Origin: Octopus sinensis
Taxonomy: Eukaryota
Assembly: GCF_006345805.1 (NCBI RefSeq)
Contig: NC_042999.1
Span: 61,380,001 to 61,444,000 of the forward strand
Reading direction: 5' to 3'
DNA: 64,000 bases
Part shown: positions 11,761 to 26,649 of the stretch, piece after piece
How the letters are laid out: each line of letters starts with the position of its first letter
Numbering within the stretch: the first letter of the stretch is position 1
Notes under the pieces: model-generated
The model's input: only the letters and a program-made list of their open reading frames with translations
The model's database searches: none
What the model was told of the DNA's origin: nothing
Position numbers and translations under genes: made by a program

Positions 11761-14700
11761 TGTGCCTGGTGTGGAGACAGTTGGTAATTATCCCGCGTCC
11801 TCAGCCATGACTCCAATGCTCGGAAAATTGAGTGAACTCGATTAAGGGGTGCCGGAAGAAAGAGTTAAACTAGGAGAGGAATTAATTCTACCAGCCAAGA
11901 AAAGAAATTGTCCTACATACAGATTCCAACAGATTTCCATCTCACAACTTTCACATACGAGGTTTCCATCGACACCATTTTGCCGTAAAAGTCTTTTGGT
12001 CAAGGTGCTGCATAGAGATATCTAGGCTGAAACTTCATGGTTCTAAACCCAAGTTCTCCGCCACACTTCCATGCCAGTATTTAAATACTTTGTAATAACT
12101 GGGTACAATAACTTTTTAATTTGTTTATTTTCTTCCCAAAGACACGACTTAATAGAAATGTTAACATCAATTTTTCATGAAATGATGAGACTATCTACGC
12201 AGCTTTATTCCGACCAACAAATAAATTACAAAATTAATTATAAATATTTATGATAATGCCAGGATTTAAGGAAATTGTTGGATGTGTATCATAATAAACA
12301 CAAGTTTACTTATACAAGGTTACCTACAAACTACAGAAATCCCAAGTGGAATTTGAACAATCGAACTTTAAAGTTTTAAAACTTATGCTTTCAAAAACAT
12401 ATTACGTCAAATAAATAAACCGTGGAATACTCATAAAATCATTTTAAGAAGATTAATTGCTGCATTCATATAATACTGTTATACTCACCTCAAAATCAGA
12501 TATAGTGACTTAGTGTTTCTGTAGGAAGACAAGAACTATCGGTATCATTCGGAAACATCTTTCGTGTTAAGTCACGCCGTTGTAAGAATTCTGAAGAAAG
12601 AGAAAATCTATTTCACTATGTCAAAGTTAATTTATTTTTGTTTTGTAGGTTTATGTTTGCAGTTAATCGCTGAGAATGAATTATAGATAAACGTCTGACA
12701 CTGGCATTTTACCCAGTTCAGTATTGTGTTAGGTGCCTCTCTTTATCGCAGACATTAATCAAAGGCCATGTCACGTTATTTGAAGCCAATATTAATGCTA
12801 TTAGAAGGATCTTTCGAAAACAGAGTCAACGTTTCCATGATTGCTTTAGTAAGATAGTACATATGTCTGTCTACATTAGACAGATCATTGATCATATACT
12901 AAAATACATGGAGAAACTGTCTAATACATAAATAACAACAGCAGTTTAGGATTAAGACTCTGAAGAAAACAAACCCTATTTTTTGTTCAAATGAATAATT
13001 ACAATTATTTACTAAGAAAAAATATTTCACATATTAAAATGAATAAGTTATTAAAATATTTCAAAATTCGAAATACTAATGTAATTAATTCACTATTTTT
13101 AATATGCATATTCGCATTTAATAATGTGTAAATAGGGAGCTCCTTATTGTTTGCCAATTTATTTTATTCCTACTTATAACAACTTCATTTATATTTTATG
13201 TGCTTCATTTGAATATGTATGATAGTATTTAGGGAATGTATTTCAACATATCGTATGAAGTGTGGGAATATATTTCAGCATATACTATAGTGTGTTTATT
13301 AATTTATACATAACTATATTTGATTTAAATTACATCATTAATTTGATAAAAATAATAATAACTGTCTTTTATACCGCATGCTTTCAAAAGATGCAAACAT
13401 CAAGGAAACATATATTGACTAAAGCAGTGAGGCTGTATTTAATTAAACATTTGATTATGCATTTGAAGTAAAAGTAGCAAAGTTCATTGGAATATTCTAC
13501 ATAGACAGTTACATCATCAAAGCTCAGTAAAGTAAATAAAGAAACAAGTGAAAGCAGCGAAAAATTTAAACATATCTGGTCATATTAATTAATTAGTTAT
13601 AGAATCAGTTTTAAAACTACGTTCTTTGCTAGATTTAATATAATGAGAGAAAAAACCTAGTAGCTAAGAATTATATAGAATTTTGTATTTATCAGATGTG
13701 AAGCCTATTAGATGAAAATATTAAAATATGACTACCAAATAATTCCATGTTTGGAAATGTGCTTTGTTCATGGTATTAAAATATTCACCTGCAGCTTGTA
13801 TCAGTTATGCAAAGTTATGCCTTTCAAATAACAACATTTCGGCTTTTTGAATGTCGAAGGTTCAACACGATACAATCATTTTCACAAATTAATATACACG
13901 AATATTTGTAGTTCAATACAAAAATCGATTAAAACTTTATGAGTTCTTGTCTATCCAATTAAGATAGCAACGAGATATTTTATTATACATCGTAGAAAAT
14001 GTGAACTATTTTGGCGTCAATGGAATGTATATCTGTCTTGGATGAATAAATGTAGCCTGAATGGGACAACAATAACAATAAAACAAACGATGTCGGAGCA
14101 AGTTATCACTACTGGATATACTGCGAGAAATCCCTTTAATTCCAATAATTCAGGCGACAATTATCATCATGAAGTGAATGTTTTGGAACAATACACCAGA
14201 ATTTATGCTATATACCAAGTATCGAAAATAAATACTTGATAAAATAACGACGCAAGTCTTGTCTAATATGCCTATCCACCAAATTGTAAATGTTTCAAGA
14301 TAATGATATGCAGTAATCATATAAACCCAAACGTTCTGTTAAAAATTACGATATAAGAAATCTTTACGACTTCAGGCGACCAAATAATACGAGACAAACA
14401 TTATAACCATTGACAAAATGTGACAATAATTTACTGCTTGCTGATATACCAATACCGAATATTTATCATGAATATCAAGAATGAACAAAACTTAATGACA
14501 TTTGAGGAATCTGTGTATTTGCAAAGAAAGTGTCGCATAGAACCACTTTAGCAAAGAAATTGGCAGATTACCAATAAAGATATTGTATGCACATTCCTGC
14601 AAAAAAGCAGTTTTAGGATCTGTAAATATGGTTAAGTAGTTCTCGCACAGAATCTGATCACCTTGTACATTTTATGCACGTTTTCGAATGTGTGGGTAAT

Positions 14701-17420
14701 TCTTTTTTGAGAAATGGAAAGTTTCGATGCATATCTCTCAAGCTGCGAAAACTAAAAATGATAATAACAATAGACGAAAACGCTGTAAAAGTAATAATGC
14801 TGAGATAGAGGAAGAGAAAAAAAAACTTAGTTATAATAACAATAATATTCGGAATCTTCCTCACAGAGAAAAACTGTATGCTAAATTGATTTAAAATAAA
14901 TATCAAAATATCAGTCTGCAAAAACGACAGAAATGCAAGTAAAGCACAAATACTATTTTATGTTGTGTGAAGATGTGATCAAAAGATATTCTATTCATTT
15001 TTGCTTCCAGGACTGAGTTCTAAATATATTATAAAATTGCTTCTTATTTCCGAATGAAGTGCTTAACAAAGAAAATGGAGACTTTCTTTTACGTTTATAA
15101 AATCATAATGTGACATACAAATTTATCCAGGAGTACTTGTGTATTATATACTCGGTTGTGTGCGGTTATATTTTGTTATATTGCTTTCGTCTCTGTTTGA
15201 TAAAAATTATTTCCTGTTTCAGACGCTCCCGTCGCCTCTCCATCCTCCATTTCTTTATCAAATTACTTTTTTATGCCATCTATATTATTTTCGTCTGAGT
15301 TTCCTTCATGCTTTCTTACATCTCAACTTCGTGTGATTTTAAATTTACCTAGAGCAGCACTTTCCTGATAATCCTATTTATAACGTAATTATTTTTGATT
15401 CAAATATTCCAGAAAGTTTTCCAAAAACCCATGTTCTGTTTTTAATAACCTAAAACATAAAACATTTATCTTTTATGTTGAAGGTTGCTTGGAGCCATGT
15501 TGATGTGTCAAGGGAATTTTTTCAATGTTATGTTTTTATAATCGGAATTAGAACTTTTATATTATGATTTAAATGATAGAATGACATAGAACCTACAATA
15601 CTAGAAAACAGAACGACACACTGCAATAGATGATCATATAATTCATTACTGTGCTTCATGAGGGTAAAACCCGTTACAAAATGTGGCAGTACAATCCACT
15701 CTTATGATGAACTGCAACACGATAATGTTGATCAGAATATCGTCATTCTACTGTATTTTATTAAACTCTCCTCGCTAGTAAAGGCCATGGCTCAAGTTCA
15801 TTTCCTCTATATTCTCTTTTCTTCGTAACAATAATTTATCATTCCTAAACTCAGGCATGATTCTTAAAAGTGCCTCAATTACCTTAATAAATTGAAGATA
15901 AATTGATGTAGCTTTAGCATAGAACGTACCTAAATGTGAAGCAATTTATCTTCTCTATTCAGAAAGACAGATAGATTAACGATATAACTATTGAAATCGT
16001 GAAATCGTGAATACAAGGAAACCAAATCTGGTTGACGTCAGAAAAATTAATAGGAAACTTCTTAGAACAGTTGAATTCTATCGAAAGAAGAATAGATCTA
16101 ACATTTAGAGCGCTTCCTCTTCTTTCGAGTGACCGAATATATATATTCGTGCTATCTGCTTTAACGAGATATTATCAAACGCCTGCCATTTAGTAAAACA
16201 CGTTACAGTATCAGAAAATAAAAAGACTGGAGTTCAAGTATTTCAGAGATTTATATCACTGAAACTACGCCAAAAAAACGAAAGATATTTTGGACAAACA
16301 TAAAGTCCAAAGTAATTATTCTGAGCTGTTATTCCTCGGTGCTAGAAATAGCACCTCTCATATTACATTGTGTGTTATTAGATGGAAGAAAATTGTTGTT
16401 TTTGATACACTGAATAACACATTGAAACAAAAAGACAAAATTATTACAGCTACAAATATTTTCAGAAATAAAAATTACTTGGGGTTTACTCTGCTCAAAA
16501 TCAGTGCTGACTTCATGAAAAGTATCAATACTAAGGAATATTTGAAGTTCTATGTTTATAATAAATAACAACGTCACGATGACCACAAAAATACCATACA
16601 CACATGCACACACACGCACACTCTCACAAACACACACACATACACACTCTAGCAGAGTAATAATTAAGATTTCTAATGCCATTATGCAACAATCTTGGCA
16701 GATATTCTGATATAATATTCTACAAGAATCAAAACGGCTTGTGAAGTAAAATGCTTAATATACATTTTGGTTTTCTAGTCTAAAAATCTTATTTTTGTAT
16801 GAATGTCCATAAGTTAATTTCGTGTAGTAATCCAGTTTTACTTTATGGTCTCAATATATCAAAATTCTTATTTCCAAAATATTCCCAAACCTCATCATAA
16901 TAAGATATTAGAATTTGCTATCTCAGTAATCCAAACGAAATGGTCATGTATTATATAGCGAACTGCAACGTTATAGTCACGTTAACAGACAGTTAAATTT
17001 CATTATTCAACGTAGAAAGATTGGACAATACATAAAGCATAGCATCAAGCTAAAGTTACAGTAAAATAAAGAAAACGAAATCAAGATTTACATATACATC
17101 TTGCACTAACCGAATTTATAGCTTAATGTATTTCAGAGAAGAGAAAAAAAATTAAAGATTCGTTAAGCAAGATATACACTTCAAATCGATATTTGAAAAT
17201 TATCTGCAGGAAATGGTATCTTATATTGTTCTATACATACACAGTTATGTTAAATATTTTATATCTGCGCATATAAATGTCTAAACGTATACATGGTTGG
17301 TTTCTGTATGTTTTTTTATGAAAATATGTATAGGACGCGTCTTTTAGAATGTGTATATATTCGGATTGTAAATGTAAATCTATGTATACATGAATACATA
17401 TACATACACATATTCATATA

Positions 17421-17488
<68 letters not shown>

Positions 17489-17528
17489 GTATATATGTTA
17501 ATGTATATATGTATATATGTATATATAT

Positions 17529-17561
<33 letters not shown>

Positions 17562-17655
17562 GTATGTATGTATATGTATATATATTATATATATATATAT
17601 AAGATATATATATATATATGTATAATGTAATGTATATATGTATATGTATATATAT

Positions 17656-17688
<33 letters not shown>

Positions 17689-17779
17689 GTATGTATATGT
17701 ATATATATTATATATATATATATAAAGATTTATATATAATATGTATATTATATATATATATATGTATGTATGTATATGC

Positions 17780-17819
<40 letters not shown>

Positions 17820-18000
17820 GATGGATGGATGGATCGATGGATCGATCGATCGATGGAGGGATACATATCTATTCTTATGTATGTATGAGCATGCGCTTTT
17901 TATGTATGCGCATACATACACACAGATAATATATATACGTGTATATATATATATTATAATATATATATATCTAATATATATATATATATATATATATAAA

Positions 18001-18161
18001 GGCGCAAGCGTGGCTGCGTGGTAAGAAGCTTGCTTCCCAACCACATGGTTCTGATTTCAGTCCCACCGTCTGGCACCTTGGGCAAGTGACTTCTACTATA
18101 GCATCGAGCTGACCAAAGCATTTTGAGTGGATTTGGCACACGGAAACTGAAACAAGCTCGA
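18001..18161 (+). mobile_element. SINE family B, 5' half
   Basis: ggcgcaagcgtggctgcgtggtaagaagcttgc...ggcaccttgggcaagtg...gaaactgaaacaagctcg, then microsatellite. Confidence 0.85.
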
Positions 18162-18172
18162 CACATATATGT

Positions 18173-18243
<71 letters not shown>

Positions 18244-18623
18244 CGTGCGTGTGTGGTGTATGTGTACGTTTATATGTACATCTTAATGTATACATCTGCA
18301 CATATCGATCTAACTAGCTATGTATTTGTATATGTATATAAACAAGGACACTTACACACACACGTGTAAATATGTGTGTATGTATGTGCGTGCAGATATA
18401 TATCTCTCTATGTGATGTGTGCATACGAAAATATGTAATTATATAGATGTATGCGCATCTAGTTGTACAGTGTATTCAAAAATGTTTATATGACAAATAA
18501 ATATGCATAAGAAATGAGATAAAGGAAGATGCGTTCAACGGAAGACGATACAGAGATTGAGAGGGTATATATACATACATATATATATGTGTGTGTGTGT
18601 GTGTGTATGTATGTATTATAGGC

Positions 18624-18669
<46 letters not shown>

Positions 18670-19213
18670 CAATAGAGAGAAAGAGGTGTATGTAAGCCAA
18701 TGTATGTGCATGTATTTACGTGTTGTTTTTACCTGTTCAGAGTCGATTACACACAAACATATTTGCCTTCGTTCACATTTCTTGTGCGGCCCATAAACAC
18801 GCAGAAAAATATACGTGGACACACTTGCACAAAATACGCAGAGCACACATATGTATATATGTATACCTACATACATATAATATATATAAATATTTATATA
18901 TATATATAACACACAATATTATATATATATATATATTATATATATATATATATTATTAATATATGTGTGTATATATATATAATAGGATATGTATATTATA
19001 TATATATATATATATATTATAATATATATATATATATTTATTATATATTATATATCTTATATATAGATATATATATATGAATAAATATGTATATATAATA
19101 TGTATATATTATATGTATATATATATATGTATATATATATATTATATATATGTATATATATATATCTATATATAATATATTATATTATATATATATATAT
19201 ACATATATGCATA

Positions 19214-19250
<37 letters not shown>

Positions 19251-20161
19251 CCGCACCATACATACATATATATAATCACAAATGTACATGTTCTTGCACA
19301 TTAGTTGGTGTACATATGATTGTATGTGTTTGTGTATGTGTGTATATATGTATTTAGTTGCAATATGATGGCTTGTGTCTGCATATCTGTATGTCTCTGT
19401 GTTTCTGCATTTTACTTCTATGGTCTTCATCTTGGTTAATGAATATTTAATTAAATTATCTCTTTCCTCATCAAATATTTAGCATTCGTGTCAAGAACTC
19501 TAACTGCATTACTTCTACAGTGTACACTCCCTCTGGAGATGTCTCATCGGTTTGTTGTTATCGTTGTTGTTATTATCCTTATTATTTTTTTTTTTCATTA
19601 TGTTCATTGAGATATATTACTCATAACACTATTTGATGTTCCTACCAGCTATTTTAACGATAAGAAAGAAACTGATCGAAATATTAAAAAATATATAAAC
19701 AAATTACAAAACAGAAAGCGAAAAGAACTAAGAGCATACTGAAAGAAAAGGAAGACAAGCCAACGAATGAAATGAAGATGATAGCAAGAAAACAATATTT
19801 TAAACTATTGTATTGTTATCTAATTTGCATCAATGCGTCAGAAAAGCAAAAACTATATATGTTTGATTAAAACCGTTGATGTTCTGCAAAAACAAGTAAT
19901 TTTCTTCATAAAATCACACATTTCAATTTTGAAAATTTCCACAGTAAAGTACCAGAGTTGTTATATATATTCCGCATACTTATCTATTTTCCCTCCTTCT
20001 TCATACACATGCACACACACACATAGTATATATCCGTATGCGCGCATACGGGTATATACAGTCACCCTCATATATGTATTAATACACAAGCTACCATACA
20101 CTCGCATTCACACACATTCTCTCGCACATAACGGTGTTCGTATAATCGTTAATGTTTGCGG

Positions 20162-20216
<55 letters not shown>

Positions 20217-20221
<5 letters not shown>

Positions 20222-20391
20222 TAGCCGTATTTCGTCTGTTCTTACGTTCTGAGTTCAATTTCGCCGAGGTCAACTTTGCCTTCCATCATTTCGGGGTCGA
20301 TAAATTAAGTACCAGTTACGCACTGGATCGATATAATCGACTTAATCCGTTTGTCTGTCCTTTTTTGTCCCCTCTGTGTTTAGCCCCTTGT
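20217..20391 (+). mobile_element. SINE family A, 5' truncated
   Basis: gtatttcgtctg...gagttcaatttcgccgagg...cggggtcgataaattaagtacc...tttagccccttgt. Confidence 0.88.
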
Positions 20392-20601
20392 CACGCACAC
20401 ACGCCCGCACACATATATATATATATAGGTATGCTAGTGCAAACAGGAGAACTAGAACTCAAAATATGAGTATATGTATATTTTTATGAATATTTAGGAG
20501 AAGCAGCAGTGTGACGCAAGGGTTCAACATTTTCGTGCTTTGGTACAGGGCCAACGCACAAAATTCTTGATCCTTGTGTCACTCTATTACTTCAGATATA
20601 T

Positions 20602-21292
20602 AGGAGTGGCTGTGTGGTGAGTAGCTAGCTTACCAACCACATGGTTCCAGGTTCATTCCCACTGGGTGGTACGTTGGGCAAGTGTTTTCTACTATAGCCC
20701 CGGGCCGACCAAGCCTTGTGAGTAGATTTGGTAGATAGAAACTGAAAGAAGCCCGTCGTATAGATGTATATGTATATATATAATCGCCATGATAGATCGT
20801 TAACCACTACACACATTTTTTCTCTCCTTGTTTTCTCCTTGACTTTTCCTGTATCCCTTTTTGTACAAGAGCGTAGGCTCGAAACATAAAACACTTTTTC
20901 TATACTCATACATCTGTTTGTTTTGTACACCACCTGTCATCGTCTTTTATTTTTTTCGTAAACTCTCCCTATATACATATATATATATATATATATATGA
21001 TGTATGTATGTATGTATGTATGTATGTATGTATGTATGTATGTATGTATGTATGTATGTATGTATGTGTGTGTGTGTATATATTTTTGTGTCTGAGTTTG
21101 TCCCCACAACATTGCTTGACAACCGATGTTGGTGTATTTACGTCCCCGTAACGTAGCGGTTCGGCAAAAGAGGCCGATAGAATAAGTACTAGGCTTACAA
21201 AGAATAAGTCCTGGAGTCGATTTGCTCGACTAAAGGCGGTGCTCTAGCATGGCCGCAGTCAAATGACTGAAACAAACAAAAGAGAGTAAAAG
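20602..21292 (+). mobile_element. SINE family B, full length, with a PLE-type tail inserted in its internal microsatellite
   Basis: 5' half 20602-20760, 3' half ~21085-21292, foreign insert 20783-20970. Confidence 0.88.
20783..20970 (+). mobile_element. PLE-type terminal repeat with decayed hammerhead
   Basis: aagagcgtaggctcgaaac (GAGC/GCTC stem II + GAAAC) and atacatctgtttgtt..tacaccacctgtc; homologous to 51002-51174 (minus). Confidence 0.6.
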
Positions 21293-21579
21293 TTATATTA
21301 ACATATTATACGATTAAACGCACGCACCCTACTAAGTAAGATTGTTCTGTTTATCAAGTTAGCCTTGATATTAACTCTCACGCGACTCTGCATCTTTCTT
21401 TCTTTCTCTCCCATTCCCTTTTTCGTCTTTTTTTCCCTCACTTAACTTGTCTCTTCCTCTCTCTCTCATTCTTCATCTCTCTCTCCCTTTCACCATTCTT
21501 CATGGTCTCCTCGCACCATTCCCCTTCTTCTCTCTCTTCCTCTTGCTCCTCCTCCCCCATTCCCGTCATCCATCTGCGA

Positions 21580-22180
21580 CGATACTTCCGTCGTAACTGC
21601 TATCCTGTCTTTTCTCTCCGCTTGCAAGGCTTCTGGTGACAAAATTTCCCTCTCTGTCTTCCACGATAATCCAGCGTTTACAATACTTTTTTCGTCTGGC
21701 GTTAACAGCCCTTCTTATCTTTTCTCCTTGTCTTGTCTCTCACTGTTATATATTTATTTTCCACTGTTTATATATATATTTTTTACTGTTTATATGTTTG
21801 TACTGTCGTTACCGTCTTGCCTTTTTTTACCCCTCTGCGAAAAGATCTCAGAATTTTAATTGATTTGCTTTTCGCGGGAAGGAATTTTTCTTCGAAGTAT
21901 ACGTCTCGCTTTTATCCTTCGAAACGTTTAGTAGATGAAATCTTAGCGACTGAAGAAGGGGATTTTTCGTTGTGCTTATTGTCCTGTATCTCTCCCTTTT
22001 TTTTTTTTTTTTTTTTTTTTTTTGCTTGTCTTGTTCCTTGGTTTGTGTCTATGTGTTTCGTCTCTCTATGTGTTCGACGTCTTTTTGGTGTCCTGTACAC
22101 ATATATGCGTGTATATGTACATGTAGAGGTAGGTACGTACATATATATGTTTATATATATGCATATATTTATTTATATAA
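21580..22180 (+). repeat. Unclassified interspersed repeat ending in a TA tract; terminal ~80 bp recur at 36344-36427
   Basis: 22100-22180 matches the reverse complement of 36344-36427. The 5' boundary is approximate. Confidence 0.5.
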
Positions 22181-22222
<42 letters not shown>

Positions 22223-22226
<4 letters not shown>

Positions 22227-22396
22227 GGAGTAAACACATAAATGTCAAACAAGGTGGAAAAAAAAGTACTCAAATAACAGTGGTAGAGTAATACGCTTTA
22301 TTTAAAGCAGCAGAAAATTCAACAAAACCTGTTACTCTGAGTTTCCCGTTGCAGAGTAACAGGTTTTGTTGAATTTTTTGCTTGCTTTAAATAAAG
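22223..22396. repeat. Hairpin (~44-bp arms, 12-nt loop) between TA tracts; probable inverted PLE termini
   Basis: 22296-22339 versus 22352-22396 are near-perfect inverted repeats, each ending in AATAAAG; the minus strand reads gaaactcagagtaacagg. Confidence 0.8.
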
Positions 22397-22404
22397 TATA
22401 TATA

Positions 22405-22442
<38 letters not shown>

Positions 22443-23090
22443 GAAATATTAAAATTACTAAGTCTATATATATATATGGATAGATTTATACAAGCATGAT
22501 AGATAGATAGATACACTGAAATAGACAGAAAGCAAGAAAGACTAGGAAAGATTGATATCGATCATCTATACCATATATGCTTATGGGTACGTTGGTGACG
22601 ATGATAAAGTATGGCTTTCGATGAAAAGAATAAGAGACATACTTTCATAATATGGAAGCGTTATACGATTTCGTATAAAATGTCTGTTCCTGAAATGAAG
22701 CATTCTTACATGTATGTGTAAATTTATAACGTGAATAACCAGGAATATATTATTAATGTATATAATATACCTCATAAGCAAGTTGGATGACCTATGATTT
22801 GTTGAAGAGGTAATAGATTAGTATTTCCTGGAGCTTCATATGACAAGCTGCATTTACATTCTTTTGCTTAACAAGCTGGAAATAGAAGCTGACCTCACCC
22901 TCAAATATTTTATTGGCAACATAAGCGAGCAGAAGCTAAATTGGAAAAAAACGTGAACATTGGACAGTGCAATCCACGCTATTCAAAACGTGGGATGGTC
23001 GTGGATTTCATATCTTTGATCATGTTCTTTTCAATCAGACCCTATAAGTAAACGATATCATAATGACTTTTTCGATAATTAAGTTTTATA

Positions 23091-23654
23091 TTGGGTTGTC
23101 AGAAAAGTTCGTCACGATTTTTAAAGGAAAGAAAACGGTCAATAAATATTTGCCATTACATTTTTAATCAGCCAAATATGAACCATTTTGTGCCACAATG
23201 CGTCTCCATCTTTCCTTTAGCTTGAAAATACCCTCTTCCCAGAACTGAGGTGGTTTCATGGCAAAGAATTCATCAACGTATCTTTTTACGCCATCCAAGA
23301 AATTGAAATGTTTACCATTAAAACCATTCTGCAGAGACCTGAATAAGTGGAAATCCGAATGAGCAATCTCTGGTGAATATGGGGGATTGGGGTAACACAT
23401 CCCAGCCGAGCTGCAGCAGTTTTTGTCTGGTTCCCAAAGCATCAAGTACCGAAAATGAACTTTCTAATCTATTTTAAAGGGTTACAGAATTAACACAGGT
23501 TATAGGAACATAAACCTTCTTCCACGAAAAGATAGCTTAAACTGTGCTCTAAATGGAGGTGTAGTCAAATCCTATATTATGAGCTCAACCATGTTCTAAA
23601 ATAGCTCGAAATATAAGCTATTATAAATTGGCACGAACTTTCCGGACAACCCAA
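23091..23654 (-). mobile_element. Internally deleted mariner transposon, copy 1
   Basis: TIRs ttgggttgtc.gaaaagttcgt / acgaactttccggacaacccaa with flanking TA; YPNPPYSPEIAHSDFHLFRSLQN...ERWRRIV transposase C-terminus. Confidence 0.93.
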
Positions 23655-25011
23655 TACATTCATAATGTCGTGATAGGTATGGCTTGAGCTTCATCAATGA
23701 CGTGTATACGCGATTAGAGTTGATATTCATTTAAACATATGATTACAACATATCATTTTGTCACAAGCTTGTGAGGACGATTCTACGTGGACATTTTATC
23801 TGTTAGAAATAGTAACCAAACCTCGTCCTAATTACATATTACTGTTTTCAATATCCAAACGAATCAGTAAATAATGTTGTCTTACATACCCCTAAAATAA
23901 ATGGTTAGTTACAGTTGGAATGCCTTCATTCATAATTATTGTCTGTGAGAGCTGACCGGGGCTAAACAGCAACAGCTGCAATAACAACAAGAACATCAAT
24001 ATATGAGCTAAAACTGCCAGTTGTTGAATAATTGAAGCGAATTTCCCAAATCTCAGTAACTGTTTAAATTATCAAATTTATTTCCTAATACTGCATCCCC
24101 GAGGGTTTAATTATATCTATTAAGAGACATTCTCTATCTTTCCATGTTCATTCTTCTTATTTACAACCAATTACCAACGTGCGTCCGATAATTATACATT
24201 GTAAAGTTTCGTAACAAAATGATCATTTCAACCACTAAGCTTTGATGCTGCTTACGTCAACTTACAACATGTGCAACTCTGAAATTACAACGTAACATTT
24301 AGTGAACGTAATGGCTTATATCATCATCATTATATTTGAATTTGAACATAGCCATTTTCTTATATAGCCATTTATCAAGTGGTCAATTTGATAACCTATC
24401 ATCAAGACTTACATCAATGACCGAAAGGTATCCATATATCCTTCCCGAAGTATTTTGCTGCGTTCTGAAAATGCTTAAATTCTCCATTATTTGTACAACC
24501 CAATTTCAATAGTTTGTGCATGGCATACTAGTAACAAACAAAGGAAATACTTCACAAGACTCTGAGCTAGAAATAGATAACGTTGAAAGGTCCACTGATT
24601 AAAATAATAACGTTCATAATTAATTATATCGAAAGTTTTCCCATTTCATAATCAACATTCTGTGAATTTTCTTTGCATTCAAGGCTTTCGTTCCACATCT
24701 CTGACGTAAAATAACTAAACAAAAAAAAATGAAAATGCAATAATATCAATTTTTCTACATATCGCCCTCCACCCAATGCCTTGCAGTTTTATTCCCCGAC
24801 GAGTAAAATCAAAGGAGGATGCTTCATCTGCTAAAGCTAGCATTCATATCATGTGCAGAAAACATGAAGTTAGGGACAGATATTGCTGACCTACGTATTG
24901 AAGCTGAGGAGCTTCCCAAACTACTTAAATAACAATATTTATATACATACATAAATACACACATATATATGTATGTATGTGTGTATGTATATAAGAACAT
25001 ATATATATATA

Positions 25012-25042
<31 letters not shown>

Positions 25043-25126
25043 AAACAAAGTAAATTGGAAAGTACTGCACGAGTGATAATATGAAGGGAAGAGGATTTGA
25101 AAATACAGAGAAGTATTTTAATCATG

Positions 25127-25610
25127 TTTATTGACTTGACCGGTTTCACTTTTTTTTAAAAATGGTTTTCAAAAGTAAGATGTAAGGCTTTAAAAATAGT
25201 AAAGTGTTACACAATATTTAACATAGATGTATTAAAATACAGTGATAGGGTATTTGACAATGATAAGAAAATGTTAAAAAATAGAACCTCTGAGAATGAT
25301 AAGAAAAAGTTTAGAGGGGCTTTGTTTTTAAACAGTTTACATAAAAGTATTCAAAACACGCAGAAAAATAAATTCATAATTATTCATAAGTTTATCAAAA
25401 GTCATGATTGTTTATAAGCATATATACAGAAAGAATTTGTTGACAGTATTTGATATAAAATTTGATAGTCAAAAAAGCTTCATCAGAAATCATTTGTAAA
25501 TATTCATATAGGATTTTGGGGGAATAACCGGCCTTTTTCATTCATCTCCAGCATCCTGTATATATAGGTTATAAGAGATAATGATGTCATTGAGACCCAA
25601 ACGTGTCAGG
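25127..25610. mobile_element. Possible decayed PLE with oppositely oriented termini
   Basis: Minus strand gaaaccggtcaagtcaataaa at 25127-25147 (HHR 3' half + polyA signal); plus strand tgatgtcattgagacccaaacgtgtcagg at 25582-25610. Confidence 0.3.
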
Positions 25611-26649
25611 TAATGCTGAAAAAGTGCTATAGACAGACCATAGTAAAGTTCCAGATTCGGTAATTTTGCGAATAATGGGTTTTTATCTCATTACGAAAAA
25701 AAATCTTATATACATATATGCTTGTGTGTGTCTGTGTGTCTGTGTGCGTGCATGTATCTGTGTGTGTATATATATATATACATATTTGAGTATGTTCTTA
25801 TACCAAATGATATATAAAAGCAATTTGTATATTACACTGAAAAAATACTTATGGATTTTTAACCTTTACAAAAGGAGAGTTGAAAGCGATGTCAAGGTTT
25901 TGGCCTTGTCTGTAAGGTAGCAAGCCATTGTTAATCTTCTTCATGTAAAGCTGTCTGTCTATCTCCCTGTTTCTCTCTCTCACTTTCTCTGTATCTTTCT
26001 GTATCTTTATGTATCTCTCTCTCTCTTCCCTTCTCTTTCTCTCTGTCTTTCTTTCTTCCTTTCTCTCTCTCTCTCTCTCTTGATATATGTGTGTGTGTGT
26101 GTATGTGTGTGTGTGTGTGTGTGTGAACGTCTGTTTATCTACCTATCTGTCCGTACAGTGAAGAATAGGCTAAATTTGCATGTATGTAGATTCTCTCGCG
26201 TTTTCCAAAGCTGACTTCTTTTACCATGTTGACATTTCATCCAACAGTATTGTTTTCTTTGCTTTTATTTTGCACGTGATTAGATTTGCGAATTCACGTT
26301 TTCTGTCTGGACAAGTTTCTAAACATGTGATGTATTTTCTCAATTACAGAGTTAATAGCTGTGTAGATCGAGCAGATTATTCGATTTTATTATCTGCAGG
26401 TCTTTCCTCATGTATAATCAGGCCGTTACTATTTCGTGCAGTGTGTTCACGAAGCTTCTAAACGTTATCTTTGTTGTTGCTGAAGTTTTACCCCAAGCCT
26501 ACGGTGACGGAATAGACCTATATTTATAAGACTCTCAGTCAAGATACTTATGTTGATTTAAGGGACGTTAGATCTAAACATTCGTTATCCATTGAATCCT
26601 TACCGAGACAAGTGAGTCATCAAAGCGTTGGATAAAAGGAGTAGCGCGA

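Noticed and set aside
21870-22000. Permuted hammerhead: gtc-tcgc ... gcga-CTGAAGA
   Set aside because: Stem I and the core are plausible, but no GAAA follows the putative stem II (poly-T instead), and the upstream half reads GAAG.
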